The translations under genes were made by a program, and so were the position numbers. From assembly GCA_036785375.1 (NCBI GenBank), contig JAWMAR010000128.1, positions 5,704,001 through 5,768,000 on the forward strand: DNA of 64,000 nucleotides, read 5' to 3'. The first letter of the stretch is position 1. Each line of letters begins with the position of its first letter. This document shows, one piece after another, positions 24,683 to 37,507 of this stretch. Below the pieces are notes generated by a model that saw only the letters and a list, made by a program, of their open reading frames with translations, was not told where the DNA came from and did no database searches. This DNA comes from Leucoraja ocellata. Its lineage: Eukaryota.

Positions 24683-25571
24683 TTCTGAACTCTCATTTTA
24701 ACGGACCATGGTGTTGGGGGGGGGGATAGTATTGCCGAATAGTTATTGCCGAATGTCCACTTTAAACGAGTAAGGTTTTATCCATGTATGTAGTTGAAAC
24801 AAAGACTGCAGATGCTGGTTAATATATAAAAAGACACAAAGTGCTGGAGTAACTCAACTGATCAGGGAGCATCTCTGCAGAACATCGATAGGTGAGGTGG
24901 GGACTCTTCTTCAGATGGATTCAGTCAGCTGGGTTACTCAAGCACTTTGTGTAGTTTCACCTTAAAACCAGGCGCCAATGCCTCTGCTCTGCACCAGCGA
25001 GTCCTCCTTCATCCACCGCACGGTCCGGTGACACGGCTATGGTTGTGGCTCACATTGTAGCCTCTGGCTGGCAGTGCTTTCTTCAGGCCGCTGCCACTGA
25101 CAGGGTGCACGGTCACCATGGGGCACCCTCTCCTCTCACCAGCTGCTGCTTCCAAGGTGCAGTATGTTGGTGACTCCAGGGATGAAATGGTGGTGGAGGG
25201 GGGAGGGAGAAGAGGCCAAGTGGACAGAGCGAGGGGAGGACGAGGGGGAGATGGCGGTCGAGCAGGGAGTGGACAAAGTGAAGAGCCGACAGGTTGAAGC
25301 AGCAGCAGCTGGGAGGGGAGGGAGCCTCATGGTCCTGTCGCAGACGGCAGCTTGAAGAAAGCGCTCATCTTGGGGGCTCCATGAGCCGCAACAACAGCAG
25401 CATCACGGACCATACGGTGGGTGAAGAAGGGCTCACTTGTGAGTTGGGGGTGGAGCTGGAAGCCAGGGCTCTAAGCGGTCAGGAGCCATGAGTGGCAGGG
25501 TGGTATCGGCAGGTCTGTCCGCTATATCCTAAATCTGTTATAAAAGGGTCCGTTAAAACGAGGGTTTACTG
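24683..25571. mobile_element. Tigger/pogo-like DNA transposon remnant
   Basis: Right end GGTCCGTTAAAACGAGGGTTTACTG|TA; degenerate inverted copy AACTCTCATTTTAACGGACC at ~24688-24707. Confidence 0.55.
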
Positions 25572-25604
25572 TATCAATTCCCTGATTCATGAAGAGCTTT
25601 TTTT

Positions 25605-26045
25605 AGAGTAGAATATAGAATAGTTTCTTTATTGTCATTGTAACATGAACCATGTACAACAAAATTAAAAAATGTCAGCCAGTCAGTGCACCATTCAAAC
25701 ATTTCTAAAAGCTAACGATACATACAAGGTAAAATATTAAAAAAAGATAAACAACTAAAATAAATATCATAAAAATAGCAGGCATAAACACCCAACCCTA
25801 CATCCTTCTGTCGATTCCACAGTGTACCACAGTCCCTTAGTATGTCCTTTATAATACTCTGGGATTTTTTGATGCAGCGGGAACTGTGTAAGTCCTCCAA
25901 GGTAAGGAGAGGACAGCCGACAATCCTCTGGGCGTTGTCAATGGCCCTCTGGAGCGCTTTCCTCAGAGCCGCTGTGCAGCTGGTGTACCATACACATACA
26001 CAGTATGTTAGGATGCTCTCAATGGAGCACCGATAAAAGGACAGC
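25605..26045 (-). mobile_element. Rex1/Babar-like LINE 3' fragment
   Basis: FYRCSIESILTYCVCVWY...RKALQRAIDNAQRIVG on the minus strand. Confidence 0.8.
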
Positions 26046-26493
26046 AACCTATTTACCTGTGACAACGCTTCCTGGGATCTGTGTACCTGTACTCCAAGAT
26101 CCCTTAGTTGTACAACACTCCCCAGGCCCCAGCATTGAGGAAGGTCCACAACAGGCCAGATCCTGCACCATTTAGCCCGGTGGTTGTAGATATGGTCCAT
26201 CTGGCACCGTACCGTGTGTTTCCTGACCTGGGACACATCACCCACAGTACAGGCCGGTTTGTCCCTCTGGTTGGCAGAGGTTGCCTCCACAGTGGCCGGT
26301 GTGAGATCAGCATTTCACTGCTTGGTCATGCACGGTGTGAAAGGGATTAGGAAATAAACCATTTCTCTGCTCTGCCTGGCCTTCTCTCAGCCTGAATCAC
26401 CTTCATTTACTCAGCAATCAGCATGAACCTGTTACATGCGCTGGTAATAATCCATTTACTACATAACCAACTGTTAATTTATTTACATTTCAG

Positions 26494-26802
26494 AGGATGA
26501 GGCCTTGCCTTCAGTCCATATCACCTCTCCCTGCAACACAGAATCTGAGCAAGAGATCAGCATCCTCTGTCTGGTCAAGGACTACCAGCCTGAGATCATC
26601 AGTCAGACATGGTCCACCAGCAGTGGGGTCATCAACAATGGAATAACAAAGTACCCACCAGTGTTGGGACAAAACAACAAGTACACAATGAGCAGCTTGC
26701 TGCGAGTCCCTGTGGCAGCTTGGAACAGGAAAACCGTCTACTACTGCAAGGCAGGATACAAGCCGGACAACATGGTGAAAACGGAGATCCAGAAGCCTCA
26801 AG
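26494..26802 (+). CDS. IgW: IgW CH1 exon
   Basis: TTTCAG| EDEALPSVHITSPC...ILCLVKDYQPE...TW...YYCKAGY...KPQ G|GTTAG; C1-set domain with N-terminal Cys available for light-chain pairing. Confidence 0.95.
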
Positions 26803-27104
26803 GTTAGTATGAGATTTTGTTGTCTATTTAAAGCAGACGATAGAACTGAAGTGGAAGACTTTGTCGAACAATGTAGGAGGAAGTGAATTAATTATGTTGC
26901 TCATTCATTCTCCTCGTATCAGCCAGAGTGCTGCTGCTCAAGGAAAAAGACAGTGAGAATTTATGTGGAAGGAGATAATGGTGGGGGGGGGATTCACGGA
27001 GGAACCATCTCGTCTTGATCTGCCTCCATTCTATCCACTGCTTTGTCTAATTTCTGCAGCTCTCTACCACCCCAAACACCTCCCTCCAGATCAGCTACTG
27101 TGCA

Positions 27105-28033
27105 CACAATGCACAAAAAACCTGGCGCCTAAAACCAAGCCCAGAAAAAACGGTCTCCAGTGTGTTCCACCTCCATAATGCAGAAGCCACAAGAGAACCA
27201 AACATCTATCTGAGCAGGACCAAACTGAAGTATGCCCCCACTCCAACCTACCTCGGAGTGACCCTTGACAGGACCCTATCCTTCAAGGAACATCTCAAAA
27301 GAACAGCAGCTAAGGTAAAGTCCAGAAACAATCTCCTCAGTAAGCTTGCTGGCTCAAAGTGGGGGGCAGCAGCCCCCACACTGCGCATTTCAGCACTAGC
27401 CCTTGCATTTTCTTCAGCCGAATATTGTGCCCCTGTTTGGTCCAGGTCATCCCACACACACCATGTGGACACTCAACTGAACTCAACAATGAGGATCATC
27501 ACAGGAACAATCTGCTCAACACCACTCCCCTGGCTCCCTGTCCTATCCAACATAGCCCCTCCACACATCCGGCGAGTAGTCCTCACTCAAAGGATGCTCC
27601 AAAAGACCAAAAACTCCCCTCACCTGCCAATTCACATGGACATCTTCAACCCACCCACTGCTCGACTTCCATCTAGACAACCAATTTGGAAGAACCTACC
27701 ACCAGCTGATTTCACCATCCAATCAGCTTGGAAAAAGGATGTCCCAAATAAACATCTGGTGTCAGACCCCACCCTACCGGTCCCTGGCACCAATCTCCCA
27801 AGGAAGCAGTGCACAACGCTGAATAGATTCAGGACTGGACATGGCCCCTGCTTGGCCAGCCTTCACAAATGGGGCAGCAGTCCAACCCCACGGTGTGCTT
27901 GTGAAGAGCAGCAAACAATGCAACACATCATTGAAGCATGCCCTCAACAAAGACTCAAAGGAGAACTTGTCACCCTTCATACAGCAGATCAAGAGGCAAC
28001 TGCTTGGCTAAAGGATTTTGCATTCGCTAAATA
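27105..28033 (+). mobile_element. Vingi/Ingi-like (I-group) non-LTR retrotransposon, 5'-truncated
   Basis: Open 290-aa frame with YLGVTLDRTLSF, KLAGSKWGA, AEYCAPVW and C-terminal CAC...H...C; TAAATA end; 8-bp TSD ACTGTGCA (27097-27104, 28034-28041). Confidence 0.8.
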
Positions 28034-28975
28034 ACTGTGCAGAGAGCCACACCTATTGTGCCCGTGCATAGTGTGGAGATTTAAACCTTCCTCACTCTTC
28101 CTGCACTTTCCTCTCAACCCTGCAGCCGACCCCTCACCAAGTGAAATCCAGTCTCCTTGTGGAAATGACATGAATCTGCTTCCACTCACACTTTTAACCA
28201 CTGCGTTCCAGTTCTGATCAAATCATTGCTGCCACATAACAAAATAAGTTTCTCTTGTCCATCTGACCTCCTTTCCCATTGAACTTAAAGTTGTGTAGGA
28301 AGGAACTGCAGATGCTGGTTTAAAGCGAAGATAGACGGCTGGAGTAACTCAGCGGGTCAGACAGCATCTCTGGAGAAAAGGAGTAGGTGACGTTTCGGGA
28401 TGAGACCTTTCTTCAGACTGAGAGTCGGTGAAAGGGAATAGAGAGATATAGATGGTGATATATACAGAGATATAGAACTAATGAACGAAAGATATGCAAA
28501 AAAGTAATGCTGATAAAGGAAACGGGCCATTGTTAGCTGTGGGCTAGATTAAAACGAGTTACAGACAACGTAGAGGTGATGGCAACTTAAAGTTGTGATT
28601 CCCAAACCTCCTGCCAGTGGAAACAGTTGTCACATCTGTTCCTGCTCACTGGAACTGGTGATGGCCATGCTGTTCCTGTGTCTGCTCCAGCACACACTGA
28701 GATCACGGATGGTCTGTACGCCACTTACCCACCTGCACCCTTACCACTGCAGAGTGGACCACACTGCTGGGGAGGCCTGGGTTCTAACCCAGCCTCCCAA
28801 TCCCAGCTCTGACCAGCATCTGACTGTGGGACCCACCGTATCAACACATCACCGGCATTTCACTAGCATTGTGGGAAGGGCAGATACTGGGGCTCTTGTC
28901 CCAGATGTTGGGAGAGTGGAATCCTACACTGTGGCTGAAGGAATCATGTAATAACAGATATTAAATATGTTACAG

Positions 28976-29275
28976 CTCCACAGCTCATCCCCCTTGTTCC
29001 ATCCGCGGAGGTTCTCCACAATCAAACAACTGCTGCCCTGGGCTGCATGATATCCGGATTCTTTCCTAACAATATTAAAGTTTCCTGGAAAAAATCTGGA
29101 CTTAATCAAGCGGGCGTCGTTCTCCCGTCCACTCCGGGAACTAACGGTAGATTTGAAACAGTTGCTTACCTGCTGTTGCGTGTGGAGGAATGGACCAACA
29201 AACAGGAATATACTTGTGAAGTGACTCACGCACCTTCCGGCTTCAGCGACAGGATCAACATGAGATATCAAGAGG
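28976..29275 (+). CDS. IgW: IgW CH2 exon
   Basis: TTACAG| APQLIPLVPS...LGCMISGFFPNNIKVSW...EEW...YTCEVTH...YQE G|GTGAG. Confidence 0.96.
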
Positions 29276-29882
29276 GTGAGTGGTGTCTGTTAATTTACTT
29301 ACAGTATTAAACAAACTTACTGACATTTCCACTAAATTCCTGTCCCTGAGATCAGTCCTGTTGAGCAATGTATTATCTTCAGATTTGGCTTTTTTGCAAT
29401 TTAAACCAATGCTTTCCATCAGTAATTCTAACTCGTTCTACAGGACATGTAGAGAGGAAGGTCACCAGTGTGTTTACTCTCGCTCCTCTAGTCTAGTTGC
29501 CCGTGTGTGCAGTGGTAAGAAAAATGGGACAGTGAAAAAACCACAGGTCCCATCCTATCTGGGGAAAATCTCACTTCCCTTCTCACTGTCTTCTTTGTGT
29601 TAGTTTCTCCAAATCCATCTTTTTCCACTGTTTCCTGAGAGTCTGTTCTGTAGATTTTCCTTTCATTAACATGTCGGTGCCCTGGATTATTTTTGAACTC
29701 ATCTCCACCATCTTTAAAGTGTTGTCTGATCCTGGACAAAGTGAAGCAGTTTATCATGGTCGGCATAATCTCATGCTGATGAATACTGAGGACACAGACT
29801 GGGAATATGTGGATCTCCTGTTTCCTCAACACAGGTGGTGAAAATCTCTTCACATTTAAACCAATGAATCTTCCATTTCCAG

Positions 29883-30010
29883 GTGGAGAATGTCCCGGCT
29901 GTTCGAAGTGTCTGCCAAAGTTCATCTACCAGAATAATATCAATGTGACATTCTCAGATGGTTCTACCCGGCAGTATCATTGTTGGGCAGGAAAGTGTGA
30001 AATAAAGTAA
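29883..30010 (+). CDS. IgW: IgW short-form Cys-rich secretory tail exon
   Basis: TTTCCAG| GGECPGCSKCLPKFIYQNNINVTFSDGSTRQYHCWAGKCEIK*; phase 1, 5 Cys; matches the known 2-CH IgX/IgW tail type; AATAAA at 30001 and 30305. Confidence 0.92.
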
Positions 30011-32126
30011 TTGACTGCGTATGGAATTTGTCATTCTATTATTACAACCCATTTATAAGATTCAAATCCAACCTCTGGTATCCATTGGGATCAAAGTGTA
30101 CCAGAGTGGGGGGAAGATACCCAATTCAAGCTGCCTCCCTCTCCCCTCCACTCGTTGCCTGTATACTCATTCATTTGCAGACATTTCTGCTTCACATCCC
30201 AGTGCCACTGGCCAGATTTCTTCATGCTCGGACTCTAGTCAGCAAGAACCACCCAGAGATGTTTAAGGTGAAAGTGGCTCAGAAAAAAAATTGGGTGACC
30301 CTTTAATAAAGGCAAACTGGTGAGGCAAGATCCAGGGCTCTAACTGGTCTCCTGTCCAATACTGGCTTTGGGCGAAAACTGTGGTTAGCACAAATTGCCA
30401 CAGATTTATTAACCCACCTCCCGGACACAGACCTCAGTCCAAAGGAGAAACTGAGGGAATGCAAGGAATGTTGCAAGGAATGGACGTGTTTGGTTATAAT
30501 CATCCAAGGATAAGCAATACAAAACGTCTCTTGTGGAAGATACCAATATTTGACAGCATGGAGAGTATCCATACTCTGCCAGGTTTCATATGAAGCGATT
30601 TCCCCCCAACTAGTGGAACTACACGATTGTCACTGATATGGGACGGGATTGGGCATCTTGCAAACACATATGTATAACAATATCACATTGCTGATTAAAA
30701 CAAGATTCACAAAGCAAGAACAATGTACCCTGTTACACTAGGCTTACAAATTTCCGATGACACTGCAACAACTGTCATCCACACTAATATCACGCACATA
30801 ACTATTTTTGAAAGGAATTTGCTCGCCATTTTGCTTAATGAAGGAGGGGTTGTGAAATAGACAACATTGTACATTGACAAATGTTATGTCTCCTGTCAGA
30901 CAGACACAGTGTATGATCTCTGCGTTCTACGCAGCTGAAGGCTTTGACCTCCATGCTCACTGAAAGTTTCAATTCTGACACAAATGTAATCACCCTCCAC
31001 AATAACTGTTTGAGAGCAAAAACAGCTCATGTGGCCCAAGTGACTGAGTGTGTAAACAGTGCACACACAAGAGTGAGCTGAGTGGAACTAGACTCATGAC
31101 GCTGCTTCAGAAGACAAGTGGCAGTGCAGGTCAGTCAGGGGCAATGAATGAATAAATCATTCTCTTCCTCGCCCAATGATTCTGAAACGGAAAAATACAT
31201 CTAATGCAGAATTTCATCCCAATCTGCAGCAGGAGGGGGACCTTGATACTTCTAACCATTTATGATTGGCTCTGCTGTCGCTGGAGAGTCAGTCACTAAT
31301 TTATTTCAGATAGTTTCTATCAATTACTGAGACGCCTCAAAGTCTTCACTGGAGCACAAGTCACACTAAACTGACACTAGTCTGTAGCCATTTTGCTACA
31401 GGTGTGGAGTTGCGACTGGCCAGAACAGATATGATGACACATTCCCTTCCGTGATGTGCAGAAGTGAACTATCGACATGCGTCACCACCAACGGAAGCGT
31501 TTTACGTCAGAATGCATTTATTAATAGAATTCAAATTCCCAGATCATGGGTTGGAATTTTGAGCTCATGTCACCAGACTTCTGGATTGACATTTACCGTC
31601 ACTCTGCAACGTGACACAGCAAGTGGTACAAAGGGGAAAGGTGTGCGGGCTTACGAGTGCCCAGAGTGGGAAGAATGCCACCTTTACTGAAGGTTGTGTT
31701 TGTGGTGAAGGTTTCAGTGATGGTGAGACACATGGTCAGAGTAAGACTGCCATATCAGCATGTGACATTTTTAAACTGAGGGAATCCCAGGCTTGGCCCC
31801 ACAGGGAGAAAAGTTGCTCAGTACTACTAATCGATGCTCCAGGGGTTCCAAGCAAAGCACATATCAAATTGTGCCCCTTTAATGTACCAGCTGATCATGG
31901 TGATGGGAAAGAGAGTCAAATCCCAGTTGACGGTTCCTTTGTTCTGTTTCTTCAGTCAAAACACCCAACCTGCTATTTAACATGAGTATTTCTGCTATTC
32001 TGTTTGCAATAAATCTAGCCAGTGTATCTTTGATCTGCCATTGATCAGTCTTTTATGTGATGACATAAACATGTTAAGGTTCTTTTATAAGACACCTGTT
32101 TGGATTTCTGCCCTGGCTTTCCATAA

Positions 32127-32404
32127 AGAGGCTGAGCCACTTACGCGACTATTTTGGTGACTGCCAGCACCCGCCATAGTCGCAGCAGGTCGCCGAAAAT
32201 GTTCAACATGTTGAAAATTCAGCGGCGACCAGAAAGACTCTTTGGGCGACTGAGGAGACGACTCACGACCATACAGGTGACACCCTGACGACATGTCATG
32301 GGGTGAAGTCTCTATGGTCATGAGTAGTCGTCCAATGCGACCTGCAACAACCTACGACAGGTGCCGGCAGTCGCCGAAAAAGTTGCGTAAGTGGGACAGG
32401 CCCT
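32127..32404. mobile_element. Harbinger-family MITE
   Basis: Right TIR CGTAAGTGGGACAGGCCCT, degenerate left TIR; TAA/TTA flanks; homologous to 40731-41054. Confidence 0.8.
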
Positions 32405-32460
32405 TTAGTAACAGATGAGTCTCAACTAAAATTCTGAACTTTTCCATTTCTGATCCACAG

Positions 32461-32763
32461 AATTGTCCGTCTTCATTCAAAATCCTGGCATGAAAGAGAT
32501 TTGGATCAACAAGACTGCTACGCTGGTGTGTTCAGTGATCTGTAGTGATCTGAGCCAGGTCCATCTCACCTGGAATGTGGGAGGAAAGGAGAGAAGTGAA
32601 GGAGTTGTGACCCGTACACCGAGCCATGAAGGCACCCGAAACGCAGTGATCAGTGAACTCCGGACCAGCGTGGAGGAGTGGACCAGCGGGGTGGAGTTTG
32701 TGTGCTTCGCCCAACGATCTCCATCATCCTCACCAGTGTCAGCGCGGACCAACCATAACAAAG
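32461..32763 (+). CDS. IgW: IgW CH3 exon
   Basis: CCACAG| ELSVFIQNPGMKEIWINKTATLVC...TW...EEWTSGVEFVC...NK G|GTGGG. Confidence 0.95.
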
Positions 32764-33307
32764 GTGGGCAACAGATCAGTGATTAAATGGCCGTGACAGA
32801 GAGAGAGAGAGGGTACAGAGAGGATTTACAAGCATGTTGCCAGGGCTAGAGAGCTATAGGGAGAGGTTGAGTGGGCTGTGACTCTATTCCTTGGAGCGTA
32901 GGAGGATGAGGGAATATCTTATTGAGGTGTATAAAATCATGAGACAAATAGATTGAATAGATGCACAGAGTAGGTGAATTGAGGACCAGAGGACATAGGT
33001 TTAAGGTGAAGGGGAATAAGATTTAATAGGAATCTGAGGGGTAACTTTTCCACGCAAAGGGTGGTGGATGTATGAAACAAGCTGCCAGAGGGGGTAGTTG
33101 AGGCAGGGACTATCCTAACATTAAAAAAACAGACAGGTACATGGATAAGACAGGTTTGGAGGGATATGGACCAAACACGGCAGGTGAGACTAGTGTAACT
33201 GGGACATGTTGGCCGGGGTGGGCAAGTTGGGCTGGAGGGCCTGTTTCCACACTGTATCACTCTAAGACTCTATGATAGAGTTTAACATTTATTTTCCTCT
33301 GTTCCAG

Positions 33308-33625
33308 TTGAGCCAAAAAAACCTGAAGTCAGACTGCTGCTTCCAGCACACGCAGAGACCAAGCGTAGCCACAAGGTCACCCTTGAGTGTGTGGTCTCTG
33401 GATTCTACCCAGACCTCATCAACGTCACTTGGAGTAAAGACGGTGCCCTGATCTCCAACAACACCAGCGTTGCACCAACTGCTCTGGAGCAGGGGGGCAC
33501 TTTCAGTGCCAGCCACTTCCTGACCATGAACACAGAGGATTGGAAGTCAGGCTCACACTTCAATTGTACAGTGCATCATCGCGCCTCCAACACCATCATC
33601 ACGAAGGATGTGAAGAACATCCAAG
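33308..33625 (+). CDS. IgW: IgW CH4 exon
   Basis: TTCCAG| VEPKKPEVRLL...LECVVSGFYPDLINVTW...EDW...FNCTVHH...IQ G|GTAGG. Confidence 0.95.
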
Positions 33626-33751
33626 GTAGGCTCCTGGGATTCACTCCATTCTCCACATTGTAAACTGTGCCACCCATGGGCAGCACTGTAACACTGTGTA
33701 GTCCTGTTGTGGGCTTGTCAGTGAGTCTGGCCACAGAAATAATTGTATCTT

Positions 33752-35205
33752 TTAGATTAGATTAGATTAGATTAGATTAGATTCAACTTTATTGTCATTG
33801 CACAAATACGAGTACAGGTACAACAAAATGCAGTTTAGCATCGAATCAGAGTGCAAAGTAGTAAAAATACTGGTTAAAACAATATGTACAATGTGGGTAA
33901 ATTAATCTAGGACATAGGCAAATAAATATATACAGATAAAAGATAGCTAGCGTCGGGCCCGTGAGTTCAGCAGGGTAATGGTATTTTGGAAGAAACTGTT
34001 CCTCAGCCTGCTGGTGCGAGACCCGAGGCTCCTGTACCGCCTCCCTGATGGGAGGAGGGCAAATAGTCCATGGTTGGGGTGTGAGGGGTCCTTAATGATT
34101 TTCCCAGCCCGTCTCAGACACCGTGTGCGGACGAGGGCAGCCATGGCAGGGAGCGGGGCACCGATGATGCCACCCGTTGCAGTGCCTTCCTGTCAGCTGT
34201 GGTGCAGCTGCTGTACCATACCGTGAAGCAGGTGGTCAGGATGCTTTCTATGGTACAGCGGTAGAAGTTGGACAGGATCTGGGGGGACAGGTGAACTTTC
34301 TTAAGCCTCCTCAGATAGTAGAGGCGCTGCTGCGCCTTTTTAATCAGTTTAGTGGTGTTGAGGGACCAGGCCAGATCCTCCGAGATGTGTACCCCGAGGA
34401 ATTTGTAGTTGGAGACGCGCTCCACCTCAGTCCCGTTTATGTGGATGGGGGTATGTCTGCCACCTCTGGTCTTCCGGAAGTCTACGATGATTTTCTTCGT
34501 CTTCTTTGAGTTGAGGACGAGGTTGTTATTGGTACACCAAGCTGCCAGGTGCTGGACCTCCTCCCTGTAGGCTGATTTGTTATTGTCCCTGATCAGTCCT
34601 ACCACCGTGGTGTCGTCAGCAAATTTAATGATGGCGTTGGAGCCATACATAGGGACACAGTCATGGGTGAAGAGGGAGTAGAGGAGAGGGCTGAGCACAC
34701 AGCCCTGTGGCATGCCGGTGTTCAGTGTCAGAGTGGAGGAGGTGAGGTTGTTGACCCTAACAGACTGGGGTCTGTTGGTGAGGAAATCCAGTGTCCAGTT
34801 GCAGAGGGAGGTGGTGATGCCAAGTCCGCTGAGTTTGGTGATCAAGCTGGCGGGGATGACAGTGTTAAATGCAGAGCTGAAATCGATGAACAACAACCTG
34901 ATGTAGAAGTTGTTATTGTCCAGCTGGGTCAGGGCGGCATGAAGAGCCGCAGATATGGCATCCCCTGTTGACCGATTATGCCGAAAGGTAAACTGATGGG
35001 GGTCCAGTGTGGGAGGGAGGCTGGATTTGAGGTGAGCCAGTATCAGTCTCTCACAGCACTTCGCGATGACGGGGGTGAGTGCCACTGGGCGAAAGTCATG
35101 TAGACTCCCTGAAGCTGACTGTTTGGGCACTGGCACAATGGTTGAGGTTTTGGGGCAAGTAGGGACGACACCCTGGGCCAGTGACAGATTGAAAATGTCA
35201 GCGAA
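33752..35205 (-). mobile_element. Rex1/Babar-like LINE, 5'-truncated
   Basis: [23 protein letters not shown] and [12 protein letters not shown] motifs; (AATCT)n tail read as TTAGA repeats at 33752-33783. Confidence 0.9.
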
Positions 35206-36096
35206 GACCAGGGATAGTTGTCCATCTTTGACATTGTTTTAGTAACTTGAGGGCAATCCAAGCCAGTCTACAGGCCAGACACGGTGGAGATCCACAATAC
35301 TCTTCTTCAAAATGGTCTTTTCCTCTGCCTTTGTACTTAATGGCAGTGGGTGCCTCAGCTGTCACAGTGTCCAGCAGAGCAGCTCTCTCCCCGCCCCAGC
35401 ATGGCAACAGTCAGTCTGGGCAATGTGTAGCAGCCTCTGGAACAGGCCGGCTGCAACACACAACATTCTGACAAAGCAGCAGGACAGTTTAGTTACACCT
35501 CATGGATACAAACTGCATTCAAACAGTTGTGACTAAATGAAAGGACACAAAGTGCTGGAGGAACTCAGCAGGGCAGGCAGCATCCCTGGAGGACATGGGG
35601 AGGTGAGGTTTGGGGACGAGACCCTTCTTCACCCCACTCCGGACCACTCACGACTAAATAAAATATTGCCGCTGCTCCTATTTTATAATATAAAGTGAAG
35701 AACTTTCCGCTGACTGGTTAGCACGCAACAAAAGCTTTTCACTGTACCTCAGTACACGTGACAATAAACTAAACTAAACTGAACATTTTGACCTCGAACA
35801 TTAGCTCGATTTGCCTCTCCAGAGGGAATTTTATACATTTGATTCAGTAAATATCTGATAACAGGTTCAGTGATCACAAAACTGTCAAATAATGTAAAAG
35901 TCAACTTGTTAATTCACATTGTTTAGCAGGGTTTCCTTGTGTGATCAATAGGAAGCTTCATTCCTACACCAATGTAGATAAATCTCACTGATGTTGATGG
36001 GATCGGCATATCATTCGGTGGAGATGAGCACAAAATGTTTGAGTGACAAGCTGTTCCATCAGGGAACGATGACATAATAATTGTGATTTCTCCCAG

Positions 36097-36417
36097 ATGA
36101 ATGTTCAGATACCCGCCCCTCGGTCACTTTAAACAAACCTTCCTTCGAAGAGATCTGGATCAACAAGACAGCCACCATTCAGTGTAAGGTGGTTCACGGT
36201 GATTTAGAGGGATTCAGGGTAACCTGGCAAGTGAATGGAATGAAGAGAGAAGACGGGGTGACAACTCGTGGTGTAGAGAGGACCGGAGGTACAGACACCA
36301 TCACCAGCGGACTGACGGTCCCCGCTGCAGAGTGGGAGAGTGGGGCTCTGTACACCTGTGTGGTGGAGGACAAGAGTTTGCCAACACCGGAGAGGAGATC
36401 CTTGGAGAAGCCGACAG
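36097..36417 (+). CDS. IgW: IgW CH5 exon
   Basis: TCCCAG| DECSDTRPSVTLNKPSFEEIWINKTATIQC...TW...EWESGALYTCVVEDKSLPTP...PT G|GTACG. Confidence 0.95.
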
Positions 36418-37021
36418 GTACGTGTGGACAGAGGTTGGTGAGCAAATGTACAGACTTATCACATCCAGCATAGAAAATAATTGCAGGAGCAGGCCATTCA
36501 GCCCATCAATCCTGCACGGACATTCAATATGAGCACGGCTGATCATCCATATTTAGTACTCACTTCCTGCATTCTCTCCATATCCCTTGATCCCTTTACC
36601 CTAAGAACTGGATCCAACTCATTCTTGCATATATTTAATAATTGGGCTTCAGTGCTGTCTGGGGCAGAGAATGCCCAGGTTCACCATTGTCTGTGTGAAG
36701 ACATTTCTACCTCTCTCACACCTACACACCTTCACCTCAGACTGTCATCTCCTGGTCTGGATTCCCCAATATCTGAAACATTCTTCCTCTGCCTCACCTG
36801 TCCAATCCGGTTAAGAATTTAATAGTTTCTCTCAGACTGAGTCAGGACTGGAAGGGCAGGGAGCTTGAGGCAAAGACCAGCAGATCATTTGAGCAGAAGG
36901 GGAGATGGAACAGACAGCGCAGGACAAGGCAGGTCCAAGGACTGAATTCCACTCTCTGTAGAGTCTCAGCATTCAGCAGTTCCTGTTGATTAACTAACCA
37001 ATTTAAACTCACTGGAAGCTA

Positions 37022-37315
37022 TAGTTCAGTTTAGTTTAGAGATACAGCGCAGTAACAGGCCCTTCAGCCCACCAAGTCTGGGCCGACCAGCGATCCCAGC
37101 ACACTAACACTACCTAGCACACACCAAGGACAATGTACAATTAAACCAAGCCAATTAGCCTACAAACGTACGTTTTTGGAGGAAACCGGAGCACCCGGAG
37201 AAAACCCACATGGTCACGTACAAACTCCATACAGACAGCCCCATAGTCGGGATCAAACCCATGTCTCTGGCATTGTAAGGCAGCAATTCTACCGCTGCGC
37301 CACCATGCCGCCCTG
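37022..37315 (-). mobile_element. tRNA-derived V-SINE (HE1-like)
   Basis: Reverse complement starts GGGCGGCATGGTGGCGCAGCGGTAG and ends in a CR1-like tail with (CTAAA)n. Confidence 0.75.
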
Positions 37316-37507
37316 TAAAATGCACCAGAGCATTATTTCTATTCCACACATCCCTACAATGAGCAGAAAGGGAAAGCCTTCAGTTTCAGGTGAACTGAGG
37401 TCCCTCAGGATGGAAACGTTGTCCATGTCAGTATACGATTGGAATGTATTGGGTAAGTACAGAATTACCGACAGATTCAGTCTAACTCGGGTTCTCTCTG
37501 TTCCCAG

